Below the pieces are notes generated by a model. The model was not told the DNA's origin. It saw only the letters and a list, made by a program, of their open reading frames with translations, and did no database searches. Below, in pieces: positions 31,106 through 47,300 of a stretch of DNA of 64,000 bases; within the stretch, counting starts at the first letter, position 1, and the number at the start of each line of letters is the position of its first letter. This DNA comes from Chrysomallon squamiferum. Its lineage: Eukaryota > Animalia > Mollusca. The translations under genes were made by a program, and so were the position numbers. Location of the stretch: the NCBI GenBank assembly GCA_012295275.1, contig CM022672.1, positions 9,362,001 to 9,426,000 on the forward strand, written 5' to 3'.

Positions 31106-32544
31106 CAAGCCTCTGGATTTGTTCTGATTATTAGTTTTTTTTCATTAGCTAACACTTATAATTTTGTTATAAACCTTTATGAATGATATCTCAAGTCTTT
31201 GATAAAGTAGTGGTTTAGCAACTGACTGAAACAAGAGCGCTGCTCTAGAACGGGAAATATTCCGTTGGGACCACCGAAATGAATTGATCTCGAGTCCAAT
31301 CACATCTCCAATCAGCATTTTATAAATCGTTTTCCTCTCAGTGATGCGTTGACCGAGAAATCAGTGAAATGTTTCATTTTCAGATTTATTGGGTTGTTTG
31401 GTTAAATCTGATAACTCAGAACTGGAACAGAGTAAAAGATTTATCACTAAATGAAAATCTGTTCAACGTACAAGCAAAAAAATAAATAAATAAAATAAAA
31501 CAAATAAATCTGTGTTCATAATACCACAGTGTTGCTAATATGTCCAGTTTTAAACAGCCAAGTATATGTAACTTAAACAAAAATAAAATAATAATAATAA
31601 ACATAAACAGGTACATTTCCGCTGTTCAGATTAATCATTCATTATGTGGCATTGATATCTAATCGCTTTTATGTAAGAAAACGAGAAAACAGATCGTTTT
31701 TCTTTTTCTTCTCATTTATTTTCCTCCTTTGGGTTTGAGAACATTTCTTTTCTTTTTCTATTATTTGAAAGACAGTAATTCTTTCTGTTTGTCTGACTTA
31801 TTTCGTTTCAATTGTCAAGAAATCAGCGACAGCTGAAAAAACGGACTTGAAAAGATCAGAATGCGAAATGAGACAAATATATCTGTACGTGATAATGTGG
31901 AATTTATTAGCATGGAGCGACTGATGTTAGAGAAAGGTTTTAAAAAGGTTTTTAAAAGGAAAATAAAAAATAGATTTTTCTTTTTCAAACAAAGTCAGGT
32001 TTAAAAAAGAAAAAAAGAAAAAAAAAAAAAAGAAAAAATGGAATGACGTTCTACATCTTCCTCACGTTTTAGAAATTTGCTTTGAGCTAAACTAATTTTG
32101 TCCAATAGGCAACCAGCTGATGTCAAATTACTTTTCCCAGAATTTTTATTTTGAGAAGCGTCACTCGATGGATTAAAACCTCTGGTTTACACTTCGTAAA
32201 GATAAAATCTAATTCAGACGAACTCACGCGTGTTTTATTTACAAAACTGACGCGGTGCAACAAGCTTAATCTAAAATCGTTACCTTCCATGTGTGCGTTT
32301 CTTAATCCCTCACGAACTGAAAAGTTTTCCATTTCGACAAATGAAAAGTAATTTATTTTCAACGTACAGCTGCACAGATGGATGGCTATTTTGGAGTATT
32401 AGGTAACTAACCAATGAACGAACCTAACAGTTTACTAACTAACTAACTAACTAACTGATTTCGAGCTTCCAGTACAATCAGTATTTTAGGAATAGTAAAT
32501 ATATATATATATGTGTACAGTATATATATGTGTGTGTGTGTACA

Positions 32545-32612
<68 letters not shown>

Positions 32613-32613
32613 T

Positions 32614-32831
32614 CAGGGTAGTCCAAACGTAGTTGGACAGTATGTGGGTTAGGGTTATATTATTACAGTGGTGTTCATTATACTTGGTATTTGTCTTATA
32701 TTGTTTAAAATGTTATAACTACAATTATTTTAATGTAATCTGTCCACCTACTTTTGGAGTAAATATAATTGGATATGTAATCTCAAAATATATGTTATCA
32801 TTTACTATTCACCTACTTTTGGACTACCCTA
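32614..32831. mobile_element. Tc1/mariner-type MITE, ~218 bp
   Basis: 29-bp imperfect TIR: CAGGGTAGTCCAAACGTAGTTGGACAGTA versus reverse complement of the right end TAGGGTAGTCCAAAAGTAGGTGAATAGTA; TA after the right end; partial internal TIR copy at 32741-32758. Confidence 0.75.
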
Positions 32832-32868
32832 TATCTCTGTCTGTGTGTCTGTGTGTGTGTCTGTGTGT

Positions 32869-32930
<62 letters not shown>

Positions 32931-33085
32931 TCGGAATAACTAGTTGCTGTATTTAAATATTAGGTTAATCATGCTCCGGGTGAATGGATGATGCAGCCCG
33001 TTCCAATCTTCACAGGATAAAGCTGCTATTTTCATACAGAGTAACTGGTTATTTCTGAGCTCAAAGTAATAGATTTCTTTGTCGC

Positions 33086-33125
<40 letters not shown>

Positions 33126-33212
33126 AAAAAACTGTAGATCAAAATAAAATAGTTCTAAAACAATGAATTTGTTATTTTTTAAACGGAAACCTATTTCAAA
33201 ATGACCTTTTAA

Positions 33213-33263
<51 letters not shown>

Positions 33264-33323
33264 GCTGTCACTATAAACCGTAGCAAACTATGATGACTAG
33301 CTAAATATGTACACACACAAACA

Positions 33324-33445
33324 CTCACGTATATGTTTCTCATTAACACGAAAGTACTGAGCGACGTCGTGTACGCGTTGGCCGGCGTTAAGTCGTCCCA
33401 TTGTTTCATGACGTTGTTTTCCGTTAAGACTGGACAGCGACCCAT
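33324..33445 (-). mobile_element. Tc1/Tc3-like transposase N-terminal HTH remnant
   Basis: Peptide SLNGKQRHETMGRLNAGQRVHDVAQYFRVNEKHIRE resembles the L...QR..AIG.L.AG.....VA..F.V....I pattern of Tc1-family N-termini; truncated by a (GT)n-like tract. Confidence 0.6.
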
Positions 33446-33884
33446 CATAACAAGATAAAATCTTCATTTTGTTTGTGGATAATGTTGGTTCAAAATGTGA
33501 TTTCAGTACATCCGTAATGTACGCGCTTCTGCGACAGCGCGAGCTGAACGTGGTTGCACGTGCAGTACACATAGCTACATACGATTTGACAAATGGTGTT
33601 CTTTTCATTACCCAAAGCGACAGGGAATATGCAACTAACATATTACCAAGTTTTTTTTTTACTTTATTTTAATTTATTTAGAAGCACCAGTCATTTACAA
33701 AAACTTGCTAAACTTTTAGTTAAATATATATATATATATATATATATATACAAAAGCTTTTACATCATTTCTCTTTTAGTCTTATTATATAAACTCATTA
33801 TACATTATACATAATAAAAACCTCTACCTTCAAACCTATATATTCTAGTAAAAATGACACCGATTCATTATACGACTGGCGACT

Positions 33885-34045
33885 CTTACAATTAGCAACA
33901 AGGAGTATTTATAATGCACCGTCCCAAAGACAGAAAAGCGGATAAAATTTGTTAACTAGATATGCTAGACGGGCTACAACGTGAAGTTTTCCCTGAGGCT
34001 TCTTAGAGAAGGATCGATCCTCTAGCCAGTTACACTTCAGGCTTA
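33885..34045 (-). mobile_element. Degenerate interspersed SINE-like repeat
   Basis: TTAGCAACAAGGA.TATTTAT.ATGCACC.TCCCA.AGACAG...GGATCGATCC...CACTTCAG; related pieces at ~24400-24480, ~28640-28690, ~31200-31320 and ~62660-62810; B-box-like GGATCGATCC. Confidence 0.55.
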
Positions 34046-34863
34046 CATCAAATACGCTGAAATACAGTTGTCTTTAATTAAATTATAAAGGCGTAAAGTG
34101 TGTGCGTGTAAAGAGAAGTTCAAAGAAATCACAGCGTACGTTTCATCAGCAGCAAAGAAAACGTCACACCTCTCAACAACAGACGTGAATAAAAACTTGT
34201 CTTGAAGCTCTGTCTTGATTTGGTCCGGATTAATTTGTATTCTTAGTGTTCATCTCTGTCCCCAGTACCGAGCGATTATCACTGAGGATAGGACACAAAC
34301 ATACACAGCCTGATTATCCTCAAGTTATTCGCCAATAATTGCTTTTCTGTCAATCAATCGAAATTAATTTTGTCTTACGCATTCATTTCCTCCTAACAGA
34401 TAACTGCAATTAAGAATCTAAGTCAAAAGGTTTAAGGTTAATCATTTAGAACAGTGTGTGATTTGTAGCTGCAGAGCGGTTCAGACTGGAATATGTTTGC
34501 CCATAAGACCTTTTCCCTCGCCGAAACTAAATAATGGTGAGAATGGGTTTGGTCGCTCAACGATACTGCAAATAACTCGATAAACATTGTTTTATGAGCA
34601 AAATCCTTTATCAGAAAAGTAATCATTGTAAAAGGAATGCGAAGGAGACGCAAGAATTCCTAAGCCAAGTTAATATTTTCGGAAGCTAGATTCAGACAAT
34701 ATATGAAAGATAATGAATTGTCTTACAGGCGGGAAAACAACCCAGCTTTCACTGACAAAGACGACATCATAATATACGGAAGAAGACCGACAGACACAGA
34801 CAGACAACAGACAGATATAAAGTTGTAGAGAGAAAGGAACAGAAAGAAACACAGATAGAGACC

Positions 34864-35040
<177 letters not shown>

Positions 35041-36685
35041 GTTGTAGTGGTACGAACGTTCCAGTGTTAAAGTACGTTTTGCACCTTGGTACCATCTTAT
35101 GTCATTTGAGCATTACACGAACACTGCTGACACACATTTCTCTGTGTGAAATTATTAACAATAATTATTGATTTTCTGCTTTTTAATTTCCCACACCCAG
35201 ATCTTTCAATTCTCTTTCTCTCTCTGTCTCTCTGTCTCTATATTTAGACTCTAAGTATTAACCATCTTCATTTTCTTAAATTTCACACAAGAGTCGTCGA
35301 TACGCTGAATTTAATTATAACCTGACGCTGATAATTTCATCATAAATCCAGCATTCGCACTCTCTATCTCTCCTATACAGGATGTGAGAGGAATTAGAAG
35401 TTCTTGCCCATGATCATGCGCCTTTATTTGTCATTAATTGGTTCCGGTGACGCCACGGCCTCCTTAGGAAAACGGTAATTCTTTGTTGATTCGGTTTTGT
35501 CCAATTTTGTCGAAAGAAAGTGAAGAGATATTCCTTCCTGAATTTAATATTTCTGACACACTTAGCTGTTGTTGTTGTTGTTGTTGTTGTTATAAATAGT
35601 GTTGTTGTTCTTCTTATCATTATAATTATTGCTTTAGCTGTTGTTGTTGTTGTTGTTACTGTTATTGTTTATATAATAATAATAAATATTGTTATTATTG
35701 TTGTTGTTGTATAAAATTAAGTAATTATTATTGTTATTATTATTATTAACAGTAGTAGCAGTAGTACTAGGTGTAATAGTAGTAGTAGTAGGAGTAGTAG
35801 TAGTAACAGTAGCAATAGTAAAGTACTGGTTGTGTTATTGTTATTGTTATTGATATTGTTGCTGTTCAACTGCTGTTGCTCATGATCGCATAGAAGTACT
35901 AGGTTTTAGTATAAATAGATAGATAGATAGATAGATAGACAGACAGATAGATAGGTTGGTTAATACGCAGGTAAACCCATACAAATATAAAGAAAACAGG
36001 AGAGAAGACCAATCAAGAAGCCAAGCAGTCAAATATACCTCAACACTTACAATTACACACTACTGACAACTACAATTCATCCACTTGAATCAGATACGTC
36101 TGGAAAATTGATAAATTTCTGTAAGCAGCCTGGATTATGTTTTCAAATGAGTTCTCGCTGGTGGATTCCGCGTGATGGTGGTTCAGATTTAAGACGCAGT
36201 TTTCAATAATACAAGTCAGGTTTACATGCTGCAGGCTAGAGGTGACTGTTTTACAGATCAGAGATCTTAAAACGCGTTAGCGGAGATGTTTGACGGTTAC
36301 TGTAATTATACATTCAGAATTTCAGTGAAAATATATCAGAAAATAAACTTTGAAGATGTTCTCTGTTTGTGAATATAATTGATTGAATTGTATTTTCAGT
36401 ATACCCACAGTAACTGACATAGACAAATAATTAAATAATTAAATAAATAAATAAATAAAAACAGATAGATAGATAGATAGATAGAACAAAGAAAGAAAAG
36501 AAAGGAATAAAGGCAAACAAAAGTATTATTACTTCATACTTTTCAGCTGTTTAACCACACACACATAGAGATACACACGCCATTAGCATCATACAGAAAC
36601 CATCATAATAACATATGATCAATACTGTGTATCAGTTAGATATGAAGAAATCACATTTTTAGAAATCTCTTTGCTGTTTGTTTAA

Positions 36686-36719
<34 letters not shown>

Positions 36720-36777
36720 TGAAAAAAAAAAAAATATATATTTTTAATTTATTTTTTAAATAAACTGTACATATAAG

Positions 36778-36815
<38 letters not shown>

Positions 36816-38160
36816 TAGAAAGACTACAATAAATTTGTTATTTGGAAAATAGTATTAGTTCCTGGAGCATTTTAATGGAAAATCTCGCGGTACTGTTTTG
36901 GGTCTGTCGGTCATAAAGATTACATATAATTCTTTCTTAAATAAATAGCGCGTTTTTCATTCCTTTTTTTATTTATTTCGTTCTCGGCAGTGTAGAGTGT
37001 TAATACTTCGTTGTGAAGTCGTTATGAGTCTTGGGAACGTGAATTACTCATGAATTGATGATCCGGGCACCTGCTGTTGGGTGTGCGTAATTATTCTACG
37101 ACATTTTTATATTTTCAGCCTAAAGTACAAACGTAAAACCAAACCGGTCGTAAAACTGGGGTTAAATGTCGATTCTGCTTTTATATGTTTCGATAGCATA
37201 TAAGTAAGTTTAGAGAAATAAATATTTTTCTTTTTTTTTTCTTTTTTTTTAAATCTGAAAAAGAATTATCCTCTGAAAATAGTTGGCTTGTATTCGTAGC
37301 TTATTTATTTCTCACAATGTGTTTATTATTTGATCCATGTATATGTATGTAGGTATATGTCCGTCTATGTATGTATGTAGTTATATGTCCGTGTATGTAT
37401 GTATGTATGTATGTATGTCTGTATGTATTTATGTATGTATGTATAAATGTATGTATGTATGTATGTATAGGTATGTATGTTTGTATGTATCTGTATATGT
37501 ATTTATATATGCGTGTGTAAGTGCGTGTATATGCATGTGTATGTGTCTGCATATTTGTATATGTTGTTTTAATGTTAAAAGTGATTATTATTATTACTGC
37601 TGTTGTTGTTGCTGCTGTTGTTATTGTCGCTATCGCTGCTACTGTTGCTGTTATCACTGCTGTTGCAAACCAAACATTTATAAATTATTTATTTTAATAA
37701 CCTAAGTTAAAACTTTATAACTGTATTAATATACATTTACATCCGTACATAAATAAAATTTCTAATATTAACTTTTGACTGTCTGTCAGAATAGATTGTA
37801 TAAAATGACATAGTTTTTTTTATATTATTATTTTTTTTTTATTAGCGTTTTACTTAACTTCAATTTCAGTTTGTTCAGCTGTAGTTAAATTATTAAAAAT
37901 CCAGTTTGTCAAAGTCAGCAGAAGAGGCCATGTTTACTGTTTATTTAATTATTGATATTTTATCACAACATTTGGTAGTATGATTAACCAAATTCAAACT
38001 GTAATATTATCAACGGAAAAAAAAAAAAAAAAAAAACATTAAACAAAGCCGTCTATTTTTCTATCTTTGTTTTTCTTTCTATTTTCTTTTAACTCTATCA
38101 GTCTTCTTCTTCTTTGTGTCTCTTTTCACTTTTTTCAGCTTGTATCTATCTGCCTCTAAT

Positions 38161-38261
<101 letters not shown>

Positions 38262-38561
38262 TCTCTCTCTCTTACTGCGTCTTTCTGTTTCTTTCTAGAA
38301 TTATTTCTCACCCAGTAATGCAATGGCATATTCGATTACATTGCAGATAGATCGTTTGGCACTCAGTAACAATTTACTTATCTCCGTAAAACAAAGTTAC
38401 AAAATGCGCGACTACAGTTGTTGATAAACTGATTTCTTGTCTCTCTTTGCACAATTAACACTGATTTCGTTATTTCATCTGTGTAAGGAAATCATATAGG
38501 GTTCCATGGTAATATTACCTGTGTGGACCTTTGAGTATGTGCATGTTTGAGCGTGTGCATA

Positions 38562-38785
38562 TATGTATGTATGTGTGTATGTATGTATGTATGTATGTAT
38601 GTATGTATGTATGTATGTATGTATGTATGTATGTATGTATGTATGTATGTATGTATGTGTGTATGTATGTATTTATGTATGTATGTATGTATGTATGTAT
38701 GTATGTATGTATGTATGTATGTATGTATGTATGTATGTATGTATGTATGTATGTATGTATGTATGTATTTATGTATGTATTTATG
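38562..38785. repeat. (TATG)n microsatellite
   Basis: Directly visible; source of the MYVC-repeat ORFs; also at ~1098-1160, 37340-37490, 42500-42560. Confidence 0.97.
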
Positions 38786-41700
38786 AACGAATCCGTATGT
38801 ATTTTTATGTATGTTTGTATTTATGTATGTATGAACAAATCCGTTTAATGCTATTTTAAATTAATTTCACTATGACAGATTACGTGAACGCCACTGCTTT
38901 ACTAACCTGTATCTTCTTTTCTGTATAACCCCGCAGAATTAACGTCAGCCGACCTCTGCATTAGCTTCTCGCAGCAGCTGATACTTTACTAAGCCGTGCG
39001 ATATCAATAGAGATTTTTCTTTATAACATCTTACAGTTTTGTTCATGTGGGATGCCGCGCTGGGGATATCCACTGAAAAAGTGGTCGATGCGCGGTGTCA
39101 GCTCATTAAACAAATCTAACAGACATTTCAGTGTGTTTGTTAGAAACACGTCATAAAATTCGTGGCGCAAATTATCCGATGTCATGTCTTGCAAGACAAG
39201 CTGATTACCAAGTGACGTGCTGCTGTTTTCTCGTAGAGTTATGACGAAGGATGTTGAATTTTCTGTTTTTGTACCCGTGATTCAATTGTGCGAGATGTGA
39301 AATAGTTTGTGCATTTAGTTCATAATGTAAAGGAGCATTGTGCTTTTGTATCTGTCTCAAACGCTCGTGCACACACACACATGCATACCTATATTACACG
39401 TTCATGTGTTCTCGCTAACGTACTTACCGCTATATTTAGCATTTGTATGCATATAATACTTACATACATGCATACACACACGCGTATAGGTTTCAAACAT
39501 TCATTTATTATACACATGCCTACATCGACACGCACTCAGAGACAGACACACAGACACACACATACACAGAAACACACGAACCCTCATAAACATAATCACG
39601 AACTCGGCTAAGTTTAAAACAATTTCAACACGAGATATAACAGAGTCGGGGTACGAGAAAGATATTAATAGTTTACTACTATCAGCAGCTTGTCAGATCA
39701 AGATAAACTTTTTCAGAAGTTTTGAAAGGAATATGGTTATTTTTGGTTTGGCTGAACGTTTTGTTTTGTTAATATCTACACAAAAAATATTTTACCTCAC
39801 AAGAGGTCGTTCCTGACGCCGACTATCTGTCGTTACGATCGTAAAACAATCTAAGAGGCACTGAGATAACCTTACAAACATCGTCCGTTTGGTTCACGTA
39901 AAAATATCTTTGTTGCTCTTGACATAGAACACGGCCGAATGAATTATAGGAGGACTGCCACTCTTTGTATCTGTTCTACAAGCCTGTCCGTTTGCATCAA
40001 TGTGTGTCTTTCTAAAGCACTTTTTTTCATGAATGGTTGTAATTGTAAAAACACACAGAAAGAAACGTACGCACATATATAGCCTATGTAATAGCTACAA
40101 CATAAGCAAATGCATTATTATTATTATTATTATTATTATGATTATCTTACTGCTTTGTTACTTCTACTGTTACTACTATTTATTTATTTATTTAATAAAT
40201 TATTTATTAACATTTCATTCGATCATTTATTTCATATATTTTAATTTGTTCTTTTGTCTTGTTTGTTTCTTTTAGCACTTTTATTTTTTATTTTTTTTAA
40301 ACTATTTAATTTGCTGTTAAATATTGCTTGTTATTACGATATCAGTTGTTATTACTAATATTACTAAATAAAATTTCCGTCCAATCGCGTGGTACATATT
40401 TATTCCAACAAGTCATGTTGCATAACCATCAACGCTTTGGTGGAAATAAGGAAATCTCCGATTTCTCTGTGAGGCAAATTGAATCAGCATGGCTTGAAAT
40501 CAATAAAATGCGGAAACAAGTCTAATCTCAAAGCATCTTCCGTTGTACAACAGCAGTAAAATGTCAGAGGGGAAGAAAGAACAAAGATTGTCATTTTGTG
40601 TCTTTTATGTCAGCACAAATGATGCAAAAGAAAGCAAAATCATTCGTCGTCCGTGGGCAAGTGAAAATAAAATTTCCTTATTATCGCTGCCAAGCGGAAA
40701 TTCGGCTGAAAAACAGCGCGTCTTGAAATCTGTAAAAAGTAGGTTACTGATTTTATTTTCAATATGATATAAAAAGATGGAGATATATTTATTTACCTTT
40801 TTATCTGTTTGTCTGTCTGCCTGTCTGCTTTTCTGTCTGCCTGTCTGCTTTTCTGTCTGTTTTTCTGTCTGCCTGCCTGCCTGTCTGACAGGTCGATTGC
40901 CTTTGTGTCTGTGCGTCTGGGTGTTTGTGTGTCTATGTATATATTTATACGCCACATTGATAGAGATAACATACGTATGATACATCACGGGAAAGTAAAA
41001 CAATGTAATGGTTATATCATTGCGATTTGAAAACATTATGAAAAGCTGAGTAATTAAATAATTAATTTCAAATAATATAATCAAATGATATATATATATA
41101 TATATATATCAGTAACAAATATATAAATACAAATGTATACAGATGTATGAGGAACATATTTTGTCTGTTTCGTTAATTCACCCCAGTTACACTTTAAACC
41201 TAAATCTTCAAAAAATATTTTTAGCAAATTGGCGTAGAAACGAAATACTATTTAACTCCTCCGACCTATAAGATTTCCCTTTCATCCGTTACTTTTCTGT
41301 GTTGTAAGGTTTTCGCTATTTCACTTATTTCTAACGACTGACCGGGTTTCGCTCATTGCTTGGTTTGCATGGCTTCAAGCTAAACGTTTCGACACACAAT
41401 TTATACTACTGGAACCGGTCAGTGTTTATTATTGGTATTAATTCACAGTGACGGATAACGCTTGTAAATCTGTATATCCCAGTGTCAGGAAATACTAACA
41501 GGGTGTAAGGAACATGGCTATTTATTTATTTAGGTCAGTGGGGCATATTATTAGGGAAGCGGAGTTTATATATACGTACACACACATATATGTAAATATA
41601 AACACACAAACATACATAAATATATACAAACATTAACAGACATACATACATATATATATATGTCTACGTAATCACCTATCTAGCTCATACGTACAAGAAA

Positions 41701-42412
41701 AAATATATACACTGTATATATTTTCATTCATATAAGCGTGCATATGAATCAACATGTATATAACCAAGCACTAATTATATATTATATATAATATAAATAT
41801 ATATATAAATTTAAACACACATACATACACACAGAAAGTATACATAGGCCGATTTGTAACGTAATATCGCTCCTTTCACATCATTAGCAATACTTTAAAA
41901 GTCATGTAGATACGTGGGCCACGCTGATTTGAACGGGAACAAAAGCGGGCACGTCATCAGAGTAATACCAACAATCTATAAATGCTACGTAACACGGTGA
42001 TAAACAGCTTTCATTTTCTCGTATTACTTCATATTAAAACGTCAGCAGCAGTGCTGTTGTTTTGTTTCTTGCGTGTTTTCTACCTTCAGAATCACATGTG
42101 TTTCTTCGTGTTTTTTGTTGTTGTTACGAACAGCATATTGAAAAGGTTAATTCCTGATGACTGTGACTGCAGCTTTTGCTCTCAATTATTGGTTTATAAT
42201 GAACGTTGCTGCATCTGCACTCCGGATGAGAAATGACATTAAACGATGGTTTTATTAGCTAGACGAAACAAATGTGTGTTTATTAAACGACTTGTGGAAT
42301 TCTTTCTTTCTTTTTCTAGTATTTTCACATATACATACACACATATATACATAAAGAGATACATAAAGAGATACATACATATTCACATATAGGTATATAC
42401 AACCGTACATGC

Positions 42413-42447
<35 letters not shown>

Positions 42448-43526
42448 TCTTACATGCATACATACATATACATACATATACATACATAAATATACGTACG
42501 TACATACATACATACATACATACATACATACATACATACATACATACATACATACATACATAGATACGTATACTCAAACATTCGAGTCATATAAACATCT
42601 AAGGAGGAAAAAAAAAACGGCTTCTAAAAACAGCACAAATCGTTAACGTTTTTGAGCTCAGAAACAGATTCTACTAAGTTATGTTTCTAATTAGTTTGGT
42701 ACTTTGCCTAAACATAACACGGTCATTAAAAATAATAAGATGAGACAGTTTTTATCAAGGTCAAAGAGCTGTTTAATCTGTACACGCATATATCATCTGT
42801 GAGGAATTCGTTAAGAGAATAATTAAAAGACATGAAATAATGATGCGAGTCAGAGTTTTATTTTCAGTGCTGTTTTTACTTCGTTACTTTTACATGTGTC
42901 TGCCTAGGCAGTACACCAAATCTGATACACGGATACACAGATAGCTATAGACACAGTCCAGACATACACTTAAATATACAGATAAATAGATATACATTTA
43001 CCCAGACACGACAGATACATATATACATACAGACATACACGCCCATAGGCACACACACATATATATAGCCATATACATATATAGATATAAATACTAGTAT
43101 AAGACTATGTACATATTTATGTACATACGAATAGATCGCAATTCACATATATAAGGACGTACGTGAGTATATAGATTCACTCACATACGTATATACATAC
43201 ATATATACATACATACTCACGAAATACGTACATAGGTTGGTACAGGTGTTCATACACACAAAACATGTAAACGGACACAAAAACATTCACGCATGTTGGT
43301 TATCGATATATACGAGTAAATCGGAATCTAATCTATTCACATACTTCATTTTTATTTAATAATATCTACACATGAAAACGGCTTATTGAAATGTATTAGT
43401 AAAAACTAATCTGATTTAATCTAAATGAGTATACTTTATAAATGAAATTTAAAATACACAGTTACTTTTCAACTGCGTTTTCCATTTCATCCACTGGCAA
43501 CTCTACCTAATAAATGATATGTGAAT

Positions 43527-43566
<40 letters not shown>

Positions 43567-44328
43567 CGCTTCGTTTATTTATTTTTTTCTTTATCAGTCG
43601 AAATTTCCAAATGACAGGAAATAGATCAAAGCTGTTGGCAAAGCCAACGGGAAGGCAATTTTGAGATTAGTATAAAACACCTAGGCTTGCTGGAGTATGT
43701 TCCTTCTTAGAAGAAAAAAGGTAATAAGTGTCTTTAGATGATTTGCAGTAAAATCCTTCCCAGTGAATTGATGGGTTATGCTGACAGAAAAGTTTGACAT
43801 GCTCGAAAAATTAAGCACTTTAAAAAAAATATATATATATTATTTTTATTTTTTTGTACAGTATTCCTGGATTATATGGCCAAAATGAAATATCTCAGCA
43901 TGTTGTTAATATTAGCTGGATTCAGTATTAGACAGATGTATTATATTAATTATATCATCTATCTCTTAAATGTTGATAATATATCATCCAGACGAAAGAG
44001 TCAAATTTAAAAAAAATCTATATCAGTTGTTCTCAACCTTATTTTTTTTTTAATATATATTTTGGGGTCATGGCCCTTTTAGCAGCTCTTGTTCAACAAG
44101 TATACAAAATGAAAACAGCTTCAGAAAAATTCCTTCTGAGATTTTTCACACTGTTTTCCCCGTTCAGAATGGCTGATCTATATCATACATATAATACAAC
44201 TTTAGATGTTGCTAGTATTATAACTGGTCGAAAATTATTTATTACTGTACATCGATTTATTTGTTTATTTTATTTGATTTGATTTCTATTGTTTGCTTTT
44301 TCTTGCTGTATTTATTTGTTATTCATAT

Positions 44329-44391
<63 letters not shown>

Positions 44392-47300
44392 CTTACTTAT
44401 TTATTTATTTATTTATTTATTTTTCCTTTCTTTATTTCTTCTTGTCTTGATGTTATATATATATATATTTTTTAATTATACGAAATTGCTTTCATCTTTA
44501 ATAAATTTCTCATTTCGGGGAATATAACCCGTCATGAATCTATCAGACTATTGATTTCACACAATCACTGATAGCAATCATTCAACAGCAGTTTCGTTCC
44601 GCAATAAAATCACATCCCTTTATTCAAAATCACACCTAATTATGACGACTGTTACTAATGTATAGCTTTGCCAGTCACAGCTCGATCGTTAAGTTTCATA
44701 AACCAAATTAACCCTTCTTCATCCTTAAGCAGTTCAGTAATGATGGCGTTATAAAAACGATGAGGATGGCGATAATGACGACAATGATGATGAAAATGAT
44801 GGTGATGATGGCGATGATGATAAAATATATTCTGAAAGTAGTTTTTTCTTGTTCTTAAAAATATATTTTTAAAATGTATTTATGATTATTGTGCAGAAAA
44901 GCATTATTTTTTATGCTTTCTTTCTGTTTTACGTATTTTGACCAGGGACTGGAGATCTGTTTCAGTTTAGTGTAATAATAAAATAAACTGTGTACGACTG
45001 AATGAAGAAAAGGAAGATATAACGAAGATGAAGAAGAACGAGAAGATGAAGATTGGAGAAAAGAAATAGATGTATAAGGTGTGAAGATATGATGAAAAAT
45101 TAGAAGAAAAGTTGAATAAGAACAAGAACAAGAAACAAAAGAAAAAGAGAAAATAAAATTAAAAATGAGAGGAAAAGGGACAGATCAACAAGATTAAAAT
45201 TTAGAAGATAGACGGAAAGTATGAAGATCAGAAAGTATAAAAAAATAAGAAGCGAAAGGAAACAGAAAGAAAAAACAAAGACAAATAAAAGAAAACGAAG
45301 AAGAAGATAAACGCAAGAAGATAAAGAATAAAGAAGAAGAGAGTAAAAGAAAAAAACGAAAAGCAGAAATAGTCTTAGCCGATAATTAAATATTTTGCCG
45401 TTCGTTTCTCTTCCATTTGATGATCAAAAATTGATGCTACATCTTCGTTTTGACTTTGGGTTCACCTTTCACGTAATAAAATTATTTGTTTTCATTTTGC
45501 TGTGCTGGGAGCCTGCTGATTCTAATTTCTTGCACTACTTTAGAGGATCGAAGAGGTCAAAAACCTGATATAAAAAAAAATCTCCGTTAACTTAGCAGGT
45601 GTTTTGGATCCACGAAGAATGAAAGCTAAAACCGAAAATTCCATTAAATATTCTCTTTCACTTTTTCTCTCTATTTGTTTCCCAGTAGATTTGATTCAGG
45701 AATCGTGTAGATGGAAAGCTGCATCTTTATAGAAAAAAAAAAAAATTACAAGACAAGTAATAATTAGAAAGACAATCTTTTAATCATAACAGTGTTATAT
45801 AAAGAGTTTTGTATTTCAGTTATTTTTCTTTGTGGATTACGTTTTGAGAGAGAGAAAAAAAACCTAGAGAAAACGTTTTTTGTATATTGATAATAATCTT
45901 CACGCGTGAAATTGCGGACAGTTTAATCATGATGTTTCTGATTTGATGTATGTATGTATGATGTGTATGTATGTATGTATGTATGATATGTATTTATGTA
46001 TGTATCTATGTACGTATGTATGTAGTATATATGTAAGTATGTAAATATGTATGTATATTACAGATCTAATCTTAACATTTTTAAATCATTTCAGTTTTTC
46101 AAAATAAGATAATATTATAATAAATAATACACAAATTGAAATAAATAATAATAACAACAACAACAACTAATAATAATAATAATAAGTAAATAAATAAATT
46201 ATAGTTAATACACATATAAATTAGTAGGAAGAGATCATTTATATAAACCTTCCCGTGTACAGGAAGAACGCAAATAACAGTCGGCAGTTATCGAATACGA
46301 GGTAAAACTCTCTGCTGTCATTTCATGAACCACTCATTAGCAGCGAGGGATAATTCACAGAGACAGAAATAATATATTATCCCAACGGAAGAACCGATAA
46401 TGGTTGAACATGCGACCAAAGAAGGCTCGTGCCAGAGCTGTGTTATTAAGCTACCGCCATCTGCAATTGTGTCAGAATATTTGTCGAGTGAGACAGTTCT
46501 TTTAGAACAATTCATAATAAGAAATCAGTAAAAAAAAAAAAAAAAAAAAAAAAAATAATAATAATAATAAACAATACATCAAAAAAAAAAAAAAAATAAT
46601 AATAATAATAATAAAAAAAAAAAAAAATAAATAAATAAAAATAGGTGTAACTCTTAACTAACGCAAATATGTTTACAAAATACAAATTTAGCGAATACTG
46701 GTGGTAAATATTCCTTAAATATATGATTGCATTTTTTTCTTCTTTTCTGAATCTGCCATTATAGCTAAGATGATGATGATGATAAGGATGATTGTTTTCT
46801 TTTTCTTCAATATCATCTTCTTTGTCTTGATATTATCATCGTTGTGATCATCATTATATCGTCATCATCTGCTTGATAATAAAATATATCATCGACATCA
46901 TTTTCTTTCATTTTTGGTTTTTTTTTCGTAATCATCACCATTAGCACCTTTATCATTTTCATCGTCTTTGACCTGCTCACCGTCATCGTCATCATAATCA
47001 CTGTCATCATCATTTCCTTCTGAATTTTCTTTTCTTCTGATAACATTATTTGTCAAACGATACTAAAATATCACCGATATAAAAATCTGATTTGTTTTCC
47101 TTAAACCGAACAGCTGCTTAAACCAATTAGTATTACTGAAAAATTAACTATCAGCTGCTTCATTTGAAGAAAATCGGAAAGCAGAGACTGTAAATCATAA
47201 CAAACGTTGTTTTCTTGCACCGGGTGCTATCCATACATCAAAGTGGTATATACAGATATATGCAACGTTCAATAAATTACCGTGCTATTTTATAACCAGT

